Assembly (NCBI GenBank): GCA_027067775.1
Contig: JAMOVK010000149.1
Location: 4,379 to 68,378, forward strand
DNA from: Deltaproteobacteria bacterium
Lineage (GTDB): Bacteria > Desulfobacterota > Dissulfuribacteria > Dissulfuribacterales > QOAL01
Reading direction: 5' to 3'
DNA: 64,000 bases
The notes under the pieces are model-generated. The model was not told where the DNA came from. It saw nothing but the letters and a program-made list of their open reading frames with translations, and made no database searches. This document shows, one piece after another, positions 19,301-32,437 of the stretch (positions within the stretch are counted from its first letter, which is position 1; every line of letters begins with the position of its first letter). The translations under genes and the position numbers were made by a program.

Positions 19301-19876
19301 CCGTTCAAGATTCTCAAGGGTGTTTTTCATCCTTGACAGGGCCTGGATACGCCTCTGCCTGTATCTGGCAATGCCGGCAGCCTCTTCTATTATGAGCCTC
19401 CTTTCATCCGGGGTCATGGTGACAAACTGCCCTACCCTGCCCTGGTCTATTATGGAGTAGGCCCTGGCTCCCGTGCCAGTATCGAGAAAAAGATATCTTA
19501 TTTCTTTAAGCCTGCAGTTCTTGCCATTTAACAGGAACCTGGAGGTACCATCTTTGAAAAGTATCCTTTCTATGTCTATCTGAGAAAAATCCTTTAGTTC
19601 TGGAGGGGCCATGTCCTGGCACTCAACCAGGCGCAGCTTTACCCTGGCTGAATCTACCATGCCCTTAGAGTTGCCACAAAAAAGCAGCTCCTCCATCCTT
19701 TCTGCCCTGAGAAATCGTGGATTTTGCTCTCCCAGAACCCAGCGTATTGCATCGACTATGTTGGACTTTCCAGAGCCGTTTGGTCCAACAATGGCGCTGA
19801 CCCCTTGGGAAAAATTTATTATCGTACGTTTTGGAAATGACTTGAAACCAGAAATAACAAGACTATGGAGCTTCAT
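16325..19876 (-). CDS. smc: chromosome segregation protein SMC
   Basis: 1183 aa. Walker A GPNGSGKSN, long coiled coils, a hinge, the signature LSGGEKALAALALIF and Walker B CLLDEVDAPLD. Confidence 0.95.
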   Translation of the reverse strand: MKLHSLVISGFKSFPKRTIINFSQGVSAIVGPNGSGKSNIVDAIRWVLGEQNPRFLRAERMEELLFCGNSKGMVDSARVKLRLVECQDMAPPELKDFSQIDIERILFKDGTSRFLLNGKNCRLKEIRYLFLDTGTGARAYSIIDQGRVGQFVTMTPDERRLIIEEAAGIARYRQRRIQALSRMKNTLENLERLEDVIAEVKRQARTLQRQARKAERFTRLRKEEDTLGLMILKVRYLELDEKEQNLKACLEKWNQKSIALETEISGIDLEISRLDMELQGLLDRQRVKRQNLEGLIAQKNRVFKILSSLEKEIALIHHEDNVLKQAQNALESKIHGLSDSISRRRSGLDEDRQGLSLLKEQAKGLEEKIRECSRKVSRLKMRREDTKDQFVVVASRKAQVLERLTSGKNRKSHLEDRLEIMNEKRHEIFLQKERIEEEILRIKKALSSCKDEMREAQKGLQEKEKGLFSARISIERVKREKQKWNSRLSETDARLQALIQIEEEGAGLLETTRLLKTISGSKARIVADLIEVEDEYEELVEAALGQTIQSVVLDEKREMVKILEKVARDGQRLKGASMILSKGLMNDSQTGPRIDNNSFEFLKDKVIGQDPVAQKVRDLLSSWIVVDQMSEVLSLDLTAFFSGRFHIISKDGLVFTPWRELRFVFGERSKDAGLIARKKEIKRLEEERGLILQSLQSITEKEAEYLELENDAQKQVEIAEQGLRNLKKKKGDLEKALYRASSNLQGIEDRLELMEFELDEAKRELDDLLPAISILETALDDVVRQEVELKARLGKLEAELSDGEKGLQQATADKNRWTLEFQELKARIGSGQAELERMEAAIDRAKKEFAKNQAGLKRLADRLRTLHGELDGKKKELESLTKTIEDIEKDLKAIELDMDALREKRFVVEKKRAAIQKELSQVNVEINKLEMDISESVRGKKYMTELCLKQFRRSIDEVLTDEALDSEAGISDLERRLNRLAEKVESFGPVNLMAMEEFNQLDQRLQYLLQQREDVKKSLADIKDAITKIDKECKEKFISALEHINVSLQKVFSLLFDGGRAWLSVLDEKNILETGVEYRLRLPGKRINTLSLLSGGEKALAALALIFAIFLIKPTPFCLLDEVDAPLDEANTLKFNSLVRRISASCQVILVTHNQQVMEMADCLYGVTMEEKGVSKLVTVKMI

Positions 19877-21615
19877 TGTTTGAAAGACGGGCTCTTTCTA
19901 GCATCCTTCAGGATGAGCTGAACGCTTTTTCTACCGTTCCACCTGTTTATACTGGGTGTAAAAGCTAGCTCAATACCATTCCATGAGATATCCACCTTGT
20001 CCCCATGACCCCAAGCAAGAAGTTCCAGGCAGGGGTTCCCATCAGCCGGTTCTACAGGTTGGATAGACATCTTGAGATGGTTCTGGCCCACAACCTTGGC
20101 CCCGTTAATGACGAAATCTCTGGCTGAAAACAAAGGAGGCTCATACCCTGGCCCGAACGGTTCAAGCTGTTCAAGAATCTGCAGATAGGACCCTGTTGTC
20201 AACTCCGCAAGATCAACTTCGGCATCAATTTTTAGATCAACAGGCTGAATACCGCGAGAAAGTTGCTCAAGAACCGCTTTTTCAAACCTCTTGATAAACT
20301 CGTCTATTTTCTCAAAGGGTAACTTGACCCCGGCAGCACCCCGATGTCCTCCAAAACGAAGGAAAAGGTCGTAACAGGAACCAATTGCTGAAAAAAGATC
20401 CACCTCTTCCGGGGCTCGTCCCGAACCGGTAAGCGTATCTCCATCCCTTGCCAGCAAGATTACAGGACAGTTTGCATACTCTACGGCCTTTGACGCCACA
20501 AGACCAAGGATCCCCTTTCTCCAACCACTGCCATAGAGGACATGAGCTGGCCTTTCTCCCTTGTGCTTTATGACTTCCAGTACCTCTGACAGCAGCTGGC
20601 GTTCCTGTCTTTGACGTTCCTGATTGTACTGATGAAGTTCTTTGGCAAGTTCCAAGGCCCTTGAATGCTCTTTTCCGACAAGGAGATGAAAGGCTGTGTC
20701 TGCATGATGGACCCTGCCTGCAGCGTTGAGCCTAGGACCAATCCGAAAAGCCAGATCAAAGGATGAAACCGAGCCGGACAGGCCTGCCGCTTCCATCAAG
20801 GCCTTCATGCCAGGACGGGGATCGTGGGAAAGGACTTGCAGCCCAGCAGATACGAGAATCCTGTTCTCCTTGTAAAGCGGCATCATATCGGCAACGGTTC
20901 CTACTGCTACCAGATCCAGATACTTTTTGAGATTGGGAGGGGAACCTCTGAAAAAGCCACTGGAATGCAGGTTTCTCCTCAAGGCCCATGACAGGTAAAA
21001 GGCCACACCAACTCCTGAAAGCTCCTTAAAGGGAAAGGCACAGTCTGCCCTTTTGGGATCGATGCAAGCAATCGCCTTTGGCAAAAACTCATGTGGCTGA
21101 TGATGATCAGTAACGATGACGTCCATACCGAGAGAAGCTGCATAATTAACCTCTTCCACATTTGTTATTCCACAGTCAACACTCACCATCAGCTTGCAGC
21201 CCTTTGAGGCAAACCAGTCTATACCGCTTTGGTTCAGCCCATAACCTTCATTTTCCCTGTGGGGAATGTAATGAAAGGTCTCCAGACCAAGTTCCTGTAA
21301 GAAAAGGCTGACAAGCGCACAGGCCGTAACACCATCTGCATCAAAGTCTCCAAATATGCCAACCTTTTCTTTATTTACCACCGCCCTTGCCAACCGGTCC
21401 ACTGCCCGGTCCATATCTTTCATAGAAAAGGGATCAGTCAGTCGGGACAGGGTTGGCGTAAGATGGTCCTCTATGGCCTCCCTTGATTCAAGCCCGCGGT
21501 TCACCAAAAAGGCAGTCAGGCTTCTTGGGAAGGAGAGCGTGCGGGAAAGCTCGCTAATCAGGTTCTCTTTTGGCTTTCTAAAAGACCAGGGACGTTTTAA
21601 AATGAGGGACGACAT
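19873..21615 (-). CDS. recJ: single-stranded-DNA-specific exonuclease RecJ
   Basis: 580 aa. DHH motifs (IFGDFDADGV, VTDHH) and DHHA1 (GGHRGAAG). There is a 4-nt overlap with the smc start. Confidence 0.9.
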   Translation of the reverse strand: MSSLILKRPWSFRKPKENLISELSRTLSFPRSLTAFLVNRGLESREAIEDHLTPTLSRLTDPFSMKDMDRAVDRLARAVVNKEKVGIFGDFDADGVTACALVSLFLQELGLETFHYIPHRENEGYGLNQSGIDWFASKGCKLMVSVDCGITNVEEVNYAASLGMDVIVTDHHQPHEFLPKAIACIDPKRADCAFPFKELSGVGVAFYLSWALRRNLHSSGFFRGSPPNLKKYLDLVAVGTVADMMPLYKENRILVSAGLQVLSHDPRPGMKALMEAAGLSGSVSSFDLAFRIGPRLNAAGRVHHADTAFHLLVGKEHSRALELAKELHQYNQERQRQERQLLSEVLEVIKHKGERPAHVLYGSGWRKGILGLVASKAVEYANCPVILLARDGDTLTGSGRAPEEVDLFSAIGSCYDLFLRFGGHRGAAGVKLPFEKIDEFIKRFEKAVLEQLSRGIQPVDLKIDAEVDLAELTTGSYLQILEQLEPFGPGYEPPLFSARDFVINGAKVVGQNHLKMSIQPVEPADGNPCLELLAWGHGDKVDISWNGIELAFTPSINRWNGRKSVQLILKDARKSPSFKQ

Positions 21616-21643
21616 GGCGCAAAACTAATAGGCGGTAAAATCT

Positions 21644-21845
21644 ATGTCAATCAGGAGGTTGACCCTCAACATAAAGCCTTCAATGGTCTTTCTTCTAAGG
21701 TTCATTCTGGAAGGTTATGACAACATGTTTGTTCTGACCACGCTTGACAAGAAAGCCGGCCTGGTAGAGATTCAGTACTGCCAGTGCATGGAAAAGGAGC
21801 TTGCGACAATCCTTAAAGAGATAGGAGATGAAATTGGCATTAAAG

Positions 21846-21859
<14 letters not shown>
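21644..21859 (+). CDS. small conserved hypothetical protein (71 aa; possibly DUF4911-like)
   Basis: Track ORF. Its stop overlaps the ATG of the next gene, which suggests translational coupling. The family assignment is from memory of similar ~70-aa deltaproteobacterial proteins and is tentative. Confidence 0.45.
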
Positions 21860-24814
<2,955 letters not shown>

Positions 24815-24848
24815 TAAATGAGTATAAATTGAATGTAAAAATAGGCAA

Positions 24849-25535
24849 TCAGTCAAGACCAAGCTCTGCCATGAGATCGCCTATATCTTCCTGGGAATTC
24901 TCCTTTTTTACAGAGCCCTTATCAAGGCCGTTTTCAAGCACGTCATCCACATGATCCTGAATGGCCTTGGACTGGCTCGATGCCTGGGGCTCCAGAAGAA
25001 TAAACTCTGTCTTTTCCAGGTTCATCTCCACATAAAAGGGGTTTCTATCGTCAGTCCGAAAGGCAATCTTTCTACACTCTGGTTTGTCCAACATGGTTGC
25101 TACAGAAAGGGTAATGGCAGAGGATATGGTAATGGCCTTGGGTTGGTTGTTGTTGGCAGAAAGTCCATATCTTGTCTCGATTTTCTGCCTGGCCTTTCCT
25201 ATAACCTGATTGATGATTTCACCAATATAATTTACAACCTCGTCCGAATCGAAATCCTTAGAGATATCCTCTTCGGGGAGCCCCATAAAGGACATTGCCT
25301 TTGTATAAATCTCAAGGGATGCCTCCCTGGACAAATTCATAATGAAAAGGCCAGAATAATCTCCTGTAAACTGTACAAAACAGCCGAGATCTGGCTTAAG
25401 ACTGATGGATGGAACGTCCTGAATGGTGGGTGCATATCCCACTGACATGCCTGTGGAGGCATCTATCACCTCCTTTACTGCCGCACAAAATATCTTTGCC
25501 ACCTTGTCAACTGTCTTGAGAGATTGTTCCTGCAT
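24849..25535 (-). CDS. CheX-like fold protein (DUF3334-like), function unknown
   Basis: 228 aa. The pattern ..FCAAVKEVIDASTGMSV..FTGDYSGLFIMNLS..EVVNYIGEIINQVIGKA.. resembles CheX/CheC-type phosphatase folds. This is tentative. Confidence 0.5.
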   Translation of the reverse strand: MQEQSLKTVDKVAKIFCAAVKEVIDASTGMSVGYAPTIQDVPSISLKPDLGCFVQFTGDYSGLFIMNLSREASLEIYTKAMSFMGLPEEDISKDFDSDEVVNYIGEIINQVIGKARQKIETRYGLSANNNQPKAITISSAITLSVATMLDKPECRKIAFRTDDRNPFYVEMNLEKTEFILLEPQASSQSKAIQDHVDDVLENGLDKGSVKKENSQEDIGDLMAELGLD

Positions 25536-25592
25536 TCTTGCCCCCTTGAAAGAACCTTTTTAGACAGGCGGCTGCAAAATATCTTTGGGCGA

Positions 25593-25847
25593 TCAGTCAC
25601 AGGAGTCTTGATCTTCCTTGAACTCCACCTCTTCTGTGTCTGCCTCCCACCGCCGTCTTTCATTTACATAGCCAAGCCCAAGGGCTGCTGCTGCTCCAAC
25701 AAAAAGGCCCATAAAGCCTGCAAAAACCCAAAGAGAGGAGCCGCAGTTGCCGTTTTGTGATGGGTCAAGCTCTTTATGACAGTATCGGCAGATGAGAGCA
25801 TCTTTCTTAATGCGTTCTTTGCAATAGGGACAGATTTTTCCAAACAT
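25593..25847 (-). CDS. small zinc-ribbon membrane protein
   Basis: CPYC..(x13)..CRYC zinc-ribbon followed by one hydrophobic helix (LWVFAGFMGLFVGAAAALGLGYV). Confidence 0.5.
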   Translation of the reverse strand: MFGKICPYCKERIKKDALICRYCHKELDPSQNGNCGSSLWVFAGFMGLFVGAAAALGLGYVNERRRWEADTEEVEFKEDQDSCD

Positions 25848-25870
25848 ATCCTTCCTCCATGAGCAAATTT

Positions 25871-26584
25871 CTATTTACTGCAGATGGCTATCTCTTTTAT
25901 ATACCAGATAAAACCGTCTTTGTATTCAAGACCAACAGGATATACCTCAACTCCCTGTTCAATAACATGATAAAAGGTCTCATAAAAGAGAGGATCCGTC
26001 TGGTTATTGGCATCAAAACAGCCTGCTCCTGGGCATAAGATCAGAAACATCACGCAGGCCCGATAACCTTTTTTTCGCAAGGCCAAGAGCTCCAGAAGAT
26101 GCTTTCTGCCCCTTTTGGTAGGGGCATCGGGGAACAACGCTGTACCCTCCTTAACAAGGGTGCATCCTTTGACTTCCATGTATATCTTTTCGTTATTTTC
26201 AATATCAATCAAAAAATCAAGCCTGCTATGTCCAACCCTAACCTCAGGCTGGATTTTCCTTGCCTTTCCAAAAGGTGAAAGCTGACTGTCTAATAGTATG
26301 GATGTGGCTATGGCAGAATGGAAACCGGAATTTACCAACACCCACCTGCCAGAAGAGGCCTTGGCTGCAACAAGATCCCAGTGCGTCTTTCTTGTCTGGC
26401 CCTTTGCCCTTTTTAAAAGCACTGTATTGCCAGGATACAAAAGTTCTTTAAGTCTGCCAGGGTCACGAACATGAACCATTAACTCCCCGCCCTCTTCAGT
26501 GTCAGAACAGATGGCAAGAAATCTGTTTGGTCTACTGATGAAAATGGCCCTTTTATCCCAAGGCACTTCAATCAGCCTCTTCAT
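25871..26584 (-). CDS. sfsA: sugar fermentation stimulation protein SfsA (DNA-binding/nuclease-like)
   Basis: ..FISRPNRFLA..VHVRDPGRLKELL..SRLDFL..EVKGCTL.. is the SfsA pattern. Confidence 0.85.
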   Translation of the reverse strand: MKRLIEVPWDKRAIFISRPNRFLAICSDTEEGGELMVHVRDPGRLKELLYPGNTVLLKRAKGQTRKTHWDLVAAKASSGRWVLVNSGFHSAIATSILLDSQLSPFGKARKIQPEVRVGHSRLDFLIDIENNEKIYMEVKGCTLVKEGTALFPDAPTKRGRKHLLELLALRKKGYRACVMFLILCPGAGCFDANNQTDPLFYETFYHVIEQGVEVYPVGLEYKDGFIWYIKEIAICSK

Positions 26585-27281
26585 TGGCCTTCTTCTTCTC
26601 TTCAGCCTCGGACAACCTGAGATAAAGGGGAGAAAGTGTAACAGGATCCTGAGGCCCCTGCCCGGCCTTTATCATTTCCTTCCCCATGTTTGCACACAAA
26701 AAGGGGCGCGGATACCACAGATGTTTTGGGGCTATCACAGCCCTGTTACCAAAAAGCTCTGCAATAGTCTGTTTGTAAGGCGCAAGACCAGTACCAAGAA
26801 ACACTATTTGACAAGTTTCTGATACCTTGCCTACAAGCTCCCGAGGGTTAATCACCAAGTAATCAGAGATCCGCCTTGCCAATCCCTGGCCGGGCCTGTA
26901 AAGGGCACAGTAGATTTGGCCCCTCCTTGCGTCAATGACCGGACAGATAAGGCTGTCCTTTGGGGCAAGGGCCGCATTCTGTGCAAGTATGTCAAGGGTT
27001 GGTACACCTACTATTGCGGCACCTGTTGCAAGACACAATCCCTTGGCAGTAGAAAGACCAATTCTCAAACCAGTGAAACTGCCAGGGCCAAGGCTAACGG
27101 CCACTGTATCGATATCTTTCCAGCCCAGACCTGTCTCTTCAAGGATGAATATGATGGCCCTCATGAGCCTTCTGGAATAGGTGCTTTTTGAGCCAACCGT
27201 CAACTCGGCCCACGGGCCTCCTTCTTCTGAGACTGCCACGCCTCCGGTAAAACCAGATGTCTCTATTGACAAGACAGCCAT
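26568..27281 (-). CDS. tsaB: tRNA threonylcarbamoyladenosine (t6A) biosynthesis protein TsaB
   Basis: LSIETSG..GGVAV.., ..VSLGPGSFTGLRIGLSTAKGL... Confidence 0.85.
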   Translation of the reverse strand: MAVLSIETSGFTGGVAVSEEGGPWAELTVGSKSTYSRRLMRAIIFILEETGLGWKDIDTVAVSLGPGSFTGLRIGLSTAKGLCLATGAAIVGVPTLDILAQNAALAPKDSLICPVIDARRGQIYCALYRPGQGLARRISDYLVINPRELVGKVSETCQIVFLGTGLAPYKQTIAELFGNRAVIAPKHLWYPRPFLCANMGKEMIKAGQGPQDPVTLSPLYLRLSEAEEKKKANEEAD

Positions 27282-27284
27282 AAA

Positions 27285-28370
27285 TCAAGGCGTTGGAACC
27301 GATGGAATAAGCCCAAGGAGCCTTGCTATGTCGTTGTAAAACACCAACAGCATTAAAGAGCCCAAGATAAAAAGACCAATTTGTTGGGCAAGTTGCATCT
27401 GCCTAGCAGTAAGAGGGCTTCCTTTAATGGCCTCTATGGCAAAAAAGAGCAGATGTCCTCCGTCTAGCACGGGTATAGGCAGCAGATTCAGGATCCCAAG
27501 ATTTACCGACAGTACGGCCATGAAATAGAATAGGTTTACCAATCCCTGCTGGGCCTGCTGACCAGCCATCTGGGCAATCATGATGGGGCCGCCAAGAGTG
27601 GTAAGCGGAACAACCCGTTCAATAATCTTTACAAAGCCCTCCCATGTGAGCTTTGTAATCTCCCATGTCCTTTGAAAGGACATGAAAAACGCCCTTATGG
27701 GATCGACCTTTTCAATTTTTATGTTTCCCGAGGCTGTAACCCCAATAAGAGGAACCTTAACCTTCTCGCCGAATATATTCTTGATGGTGCTGACCTTTGG
27801 CCTGACTTTCACGGCAAGCACCTTCTGGCCCCGTTTGATCTTTAAGAAAATCTCCTGCCCTTTACTGGCCTTTATGGCTTTTGAAACATCGTCCCACGTT
27901 CTGACCTTTATATGATTAACCTCCAAAAAGACATCGCCTTTCTGAAGGCCGGCCTGGGCAGCGGGAGAGTCCGGCTTCACAGAGCCTATCTCGGGAAGAA
28001 GTATCGGATTTCCATAGATAAGAAGGATGAAAAAAAAGATTACCTGGGCCAGAAGAAAGTTGGCAAAAGGACCTGCCGCCACAACCAGGGCCCTCTGATA
28101 GACTGGTCTGTGAGAGAATGAAAGATGACGTTCTTCAGGAGGAACCTCCTCATTTGGAAGCTCACCTAGCATCTTTACAAAGCCACCCAGCGGAATGGCT
28201 GAGATACAGTAGTCTGTGCCATTTTTTACAATACCCCAGATCCTTGGACCAAAACCGATGGAGAATTTGAGAACCCGTATGCCAAAGAGACGGGCCACTG
28301 TAAAATGGCCAAGTTCATGAAAAAATATGAGTCCACTTAGAACTAGTAAGAAGGACCAAATTGTCGTCAT
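27285..28370 (-). CDS. rseP: RIP (site-2) zinc metalloprotease RseP
   Basis: HELGHF, a PDZ region (AAQAGLQKGDV) and NLLPIPVLDGGHLL. Confidence 0.9.
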   Translation of the reverse strand: MTTIWSFLLVLSGLIFFHELGHFTVARLFGIRVLKFSIGFGPRIWGIVKNGTDYCISAIPLGGFVKMLGELPNEEVPPEERHLSFSHRPVYQRALVVAAGPFANFLLAQVIFFFILLIYGNPILLPEIGSVKPDSPAAQAGLQKGDVFLEVNHIKVRTWDDVSKAIKASKGQEIFLKIKRGQKVLAVKVRPKVSTIKNIFGEKVKVPLIGVTASGNIKIEKVDPIRAFFMSFQRTWEITKLTWEGFVKIIERVVPLTTLGGPIMIAQMAGQQAQQGLVNLFYFMAVLSVNLGILNLLPIPVLDGGHLLFFAIEAIKGSPLTARQMQLAQQIGLFILGSLMLLVFYNDIARLLGLIPSVPTP

Positions 28371-28380
28371 GTCTGATTCC

Positions 28381-29547
28381 TCAATCCAGCAGGCCTGCCA
28401 GAAGCTGGGCCTTTAGTCTTGCCATGGCATCGGCCTGAAGCACATCGTCCAGACTGTTCATTTCCTGGGCTCCGACCTGTGAAAGCACCTCTGAAATGAT
28501 CTCTGGGATCTTCAGATACGGTATCTTGCCCTGGAGAAAGGCCTCCACAGCCACCTCGTTTGCCGCATTCAATACAGTAGTGGCAGTACCTCCCATTTCC
28601 AGGGCCTTAAAGGCCAGACCAAGACAAGGGAATTTGTCCATTTGTGGAGATTCAAAGGTCAAAGGACCCATGTTTACCAGATCAAGAGAAGGCAGGTCCA
28701 GCTCCATCCTGTCTGGCCAGTAAAGGGCATAGGATATGGGTACCCTCATGTCAGGGATTCCCATTTGGGCAATTATGGAGCCATCCACATATTCAACCAT
28801 GGAGTGGATTATAGACTGCGGGTGCACCACCACATCTATTTTTTCAGGAGGCACTGAAAAAAGCCATTTTGCCTCTATCACCTCAAGTCCTTTGTTCATC
28901 AAGGTGGATGAATCAACGGAAATCTTTGCTCCCATGGACCAATTAGGATGTGCCACTGCCTCATCTGGGGTAATGGAGGCCAGCTCTTCCACTGGCTTTT
29001 GCCTGAAAGGGCCGCCAGAGGCAGTAAGTATGATCTTTTTCACCATGGAATCCCGATAACCTTGCAGACACTGGAAAATGGCAGAATGCTCACTGTCTAT
29101 AGGAAGCAGGTTGACCCTGTATTTCTCAACCAGGCGCATGACAAGGGGACCGGCAGCCACCAGGGTCTCCTTGTTGGCAAGGGCCACATCTTTTCCCGCC
29201 TCAATCGCTGTAACAGTAGGAATGAGCCCGGCAGCTCCAACCATAGACGAAACCACAAGGTCTGCCGCAGCCATGGAGGCCAGCTCATTGTATCCCTCTT
29301 TTCCCCATAATACCTTTACACTCTTGTTACCCAAAAGGTCTTTTAAATCTTGCGCCAGATCCCTGGTCATGACGGCAACCTTTTGGGGAGCAAACTCGTC
29401 TATCTGCTGTGCCAGAAGCTCAAGATTTTTTCCAGCGGCAAGTCCAACTATGTTGAGCCTGCCCCCGGATCTCCTAACGATGTCTGCTACACTTGTTCCA
29501 ATGGAACCTGTGGAACCAAGGACTACTATATTTTTTTGTTGATTCAT
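28381..29547 (-). CDS. dxr: 1-deoxy-D-xylulose 5-phosphate reductoisomerase
   Basis: VLGSTGSIGTS, LANKE(T)LV, IDSEHSAIFQCL, HPNWSMG. Confidence 0.95.
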   Translation of the reverse strand: MNQQKNIVVLGSTGSIGTSVADIVRRSGGRLNIVGLAAGKNLELLAQQIDEFAPQKVAVMTRDLAQDLKDLLGNKSVKVLWGKEGYNELASMAAADLVVSSMVGAAGLIPTVTAIEAGKDVALANKETLVAAGPLVMRLVEKYRVNLLPIDSEHSAIFQCLQGYRDSMVKKIILTASGGPFRQKPVEELASITPDEAVAHPNWSMGAKISVDSSTLMNKGLEVIEAKWLFSVPPEKIDVVVHPQSIIHSMVEYVDGSIIAQMGIPDMRVPISYALYWPDRMELDLPSLDLVNMGPLTFESPQMDKFPCLGLAFKALEMGGTATTVLNAANEVAVEAFLQGKIPYLKIPEIISEVLSQVGAQEMNSLDDVLQADAMARLKAQLLAGLLD

Positions 29548-29561
29548 AAAGATCAGCCTTT

Positions 29562-30377
29562 CTACCCAATATAAAAGTTGCCCTCACTAAAATAGAGAAC
29601 CCAAAACAGAACAGGACCAGCAAGAAGCAGCGCATCAACCCTGTCAAAGATACCGCCATGACCTGGAAGAATACTGCCTGAATCCTTAAATCCGTATGCC
29701 CGTTTCACTATAGATTCCACAAGGTCCCCTGCCTGACTAACAAGGGCAAGGAGTATTGCAAGGGGTACGAGCAGTCTCAGGTCAAAAAAATTGAAAAAAA
29801 GGGCCCATGAAAAAAGGGCACCCATAGCGCTAAAAAACAGGCCTCCCAGGGCTCCTTCTACTGTCTTTCCCTTGCTTATGGACGGACAAAGTTTTCTTTT
29901 ACCTATGGTTTTACCAATGTAGTAGGCTCCTGTATCCGCTGCAAAAACAACTATCAGCAGAAAAAGTATCCACAGCCTTCCATATGGCATGAACCTGACA
30001 AGGGCAATGAGACCAGAACATATTCCAATATAGGCTGCCCCAAACAAAAAAGACAAAAGTGCCTCAAAGGGCCTCTCATGGGAACCGTATGAGAAGAGGA
30101 TGGTTAGGGACGAGATAAAAAAGACCAAAAAAATTCCAAAAAGGACATAGATTTCCTGCTTGAAATATATGGTAAGCAGTGGGGTGCCAATACCAGTTAT
30201 TATTCCCCATGCCACGAGAGCCGGACGATTTTGAAAGGCCATGTGATAGTATTCATACAGACAGAGCCCTGCGACCAACAGCACAAGTCCACTGAAAAAG
30301 GACTCTCCTCCCCATACAAGCCCGCTTACAAGTACCGGGAGAAGAATAAGGGCTGTCAGGACTCGCTGCCTGTGCAT
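29562..30377 (-). CDS. cdsA: phosphatidate cytidylyltransferase
   Basis: Polytopic. C-terminal signature S..KRAYGFKDSGSILPGHGGIFDRVDALL. Confidence 0.85.
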   Translation of the reverse strand: MHRQRVLTALILLPVLVSGLVWGGESFFSGLVLLVAGLCLYEYYHMAFQNRPALVAWGIITGIGTPLLTIYFKQEIYVLFGIFLVFFISSLTILFSYGSHERPFEALLSFLFGAAYIGICSGLIALVRFMPYGRLWILFLLIVVFAADTGAYYIGKTIGKRKLCPSISKGKTVEGALGGLFFSAMGALFSWALFFNFFDLRLLVPLAILLALVSQAGDLVESIVKRAYGFKDSGSILPGHGGIFDRVDALLLAGPVLFWVLYFSEGNFYIG

Positions 30378-31123
30378 CTTAAAAGTATCTGTTCGCTGGT
30401 CTTGCCAAAACGGCGCTCGCGTCTGGAATAGTCGTGAAGGGCCTTTAAAAGTTCTTTCCTGTCAAAATCCGGCCACAGGGTCTGTGTAATATAAAACTCG
30501 CTGTAGGCTGCCTGATAGAGAAGAAAGTTACTAAGCCTCTGTTCGCCACTTGTGCGAATGATGAGATCCGGATCTGGTATGTCTGAGGTATAAAGATAAG
30601 AGGCAAAAAGCTCCTCATCAATCTGGGAAGGGGTCAACTCACCATCAACACACTTTTGGGCAATCTTTCTTGCCGCTTCTGTTATCTCGCTTCTGCTGCC
30701 ATAACTTAGTGCGAGGATCAGCTGCATCTCAAAGTTCTTGGATGTCTTTTCCATTGTGTCAAAAAGAAGAGTTTTTACCCTGGGAGGCAGCCTGTCAAGC
30801 TCTCCAATAGCCCTGAGCCTTATCCTGTTTCCTAAGAGTTCGTCCACCTCCTTTTGAAGATAATCGTAAAGAAGGTCCATAAGAGCATCCACTTCTTCCC
30901 TTGGCCTGGACCAATTCTCCTTGGAAAATGCATAAAGGGTGAGGTATGGAATATCAAGTTCCCGAACAGCCGTAACTATCTCCTTTACGGTTTTGGCGCC
31001 CTGCCTATGCCCCATTATCCTGGGCATGAATCTGCGCTTGGCCCACCGTCCGTTTCCATCCATGATAATGGCAAGATGGCGCGGGAGATTGTCAGGCCTT
31101 TCAATGGATACGGTCTTGGTCAT
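30356..31123 (-). CDS. uppS: isoprenyl transferase (undecaprenyl-diphosphate synthase)
   Basis: HLAIIMDGNGRWA, YLTLYAFSKENW.R, IRTSGEQRLSNFLLYQ. Confidence 0.9.
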   Translation of the reverse strand: MTKTVSIERPDNLPRHLAIIMDGNGRWAKRRFMPRIMGHRQGAKTVKEIVTAVRELDIPYLTLYAFSKENWSRPREEVDALMDLLYDYLQKEVDELLGNRIRLRAIGELDRLPPRVKTLLFDTMEKTSKNFEMQLILALSYGSRSEITEAARKIAQKCVDGELTPSQIDEELFASYLYTSDIPDPDLIIRTSGEQRLSNFLLYQAAYSEFYITQTLWPDFDRKELLKALHDYSRRERRFGKTSEQILLRCTGSES

Positions 31124-31128
31124 CCGAT

Positions 31129-31686
31129 CTAAAACTCCATGATCTCCTTTTCCTTTGCCCCGAGAACTTCCTCCACCTTCTTTATATGATTGTCAGTAAG
31201 TTTTTGGACCTCGTCTTGAAGCTTGTACATCTCGTCTTCTGAAATGGCCTTGTCCTTCTTTTGGGTCTTGAGTTTCTCTATGGCATCCCTTCTGATGTTC
31301 CTTATTGCAACCCTGCAGTCTTCTGCCATCTTTTTAACCAGTTTGACTAGTTCCTTTCTTCTTTCCTCGGTTAGAGGAGGAACACTGACCCTGATTATCT
31401 TGCCGTCGTTGGAGGGCGTCAGTCCCAGGTCGGAAGAGAGAATCGCCTTTTCTATGTCGCCAAGGATGTTGCTATCCCAAGGTTGCACGGTAATAAGACG
31501 GCTTTCTGGCACAGAAATAGAAGCAACCTGGTTAAGTGGCATGCTGGTGCCGTAGTAATCCACAGTTATGCCCTCAAGCAGGGCTGCAGATGCCCTGCCA
31601 GTTCTTACATGTGAAAGTTCCTTTTCAAAGGCAGCAATGGCCTTGTCCATTCTTTTATCTGCATCCTTTATCACCTGGTTGGTCAT
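31129..31686 (-). CDS. frr: ribosome recycling factor
   Basis: 185 aa. ..[27 protein letters not shown]... Confidence 0.95.
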   Translation of the reverse strand: MTNQVIKDADKRMDKAIAAFEKELSHVRTGRASAALLEGITVDYYGTSMPLNQVASISVPESRLITVQPWDSNILGDIEKAILSSDLGLTPSNDGKIIRVSVPPLTEERRKELVKLVKKMAEDCRVAIRNIRRDAIEKLKTQKKDKAISEDEMYKLQDEVQKLTDNHIKKVEEVLGAKEKEIMEF

Positions 31687-31714
31687 AATATCCTACCTCC
31701 TTAGAACAGGAACT

Positions 31715-32431
31715 TTATTCGGCCACAATCAGGCTTCCAATATCCTGGCCGGCAACTGCCTTTTGTATGTTTCCCTCTTTAAGCATATTGAACACCATAA
31801 CAGGAAGCTTTGCATCCTTTGCCAGGGCAATGGCAGCGGCATCCATAACCCTAAGCCCTTTTTCAAGAACCTGGGAATATGTAATCTTAGGGATTCTGAC
31901 TGCATCTTTATGTTTGTAAGGGTCCTTGTCATAGACCCCATCGACCCTTGTGGCCTTAAAAAGTATCTCAGCACCTATTTCCAGGGCCCTGAGGGCTGCA
32001 GCCGTATCGGTAGTAAAATAGGGATTACCGGTTCCAGCAGCAAAAATGACCACCCTTCCCCGTTCAAGGTGCCTTATGGCCCTTGGACGTGCAAAGGGTT
32101 CTGCCATTGTGCCTACTTCTATGGCCGAAAGCACCCTGGCTGGAATGTCCTTTCTCAAAAAGGCATCCTGCAGGGCAAGACTGTTGATGACCGTAGCGAG
32201 CATTCCCATCTGATCTGCAGATGCCCGGTTCATCCCCTTTGCAGCACCAGAGACCCCACGAAATATGTTTCCACCACCTACAACTATACCAAGTTCGACA
32301 CCTTGTGCCCTGGCCTTTGCCAGTTCATCAACCACCTTGTCCATGAACTGGGGACTTATGCCATAGGGCTCCTCACCCATAAGGGCCTCGCCACTAAGCT
32401 TAATAAGAACCCTTTTGTACTTGGCAGACAT
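31715..32431 (-). CDS. pyrH: UMP kinase
   Basis: [43 protein letters not shown]. Confidence 0.95.
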   Translation of the reverse strand: MSAKYKRVLIKLSGEALMGEEPYGISPQFMDKVVDELAKARAQGVELGIVVGGGNIFRGVSGAAKGMNRASADQMGMLATVINSLALQDAFLRKDIPARVLSAIEVGTMAEPFARPRAIRHLERGRVVIFAAGTGNPYFTTDTAAALRALEIGAEILFKATRVDGVYDKDPYKHKDAVRIPKITYSQVLEKGLRVMDAAAIALAKDAKLPVMVFNMLKEGNIQKAVAGQDIGSLIVAE

Positions 32432-32437
32432 TTGCTC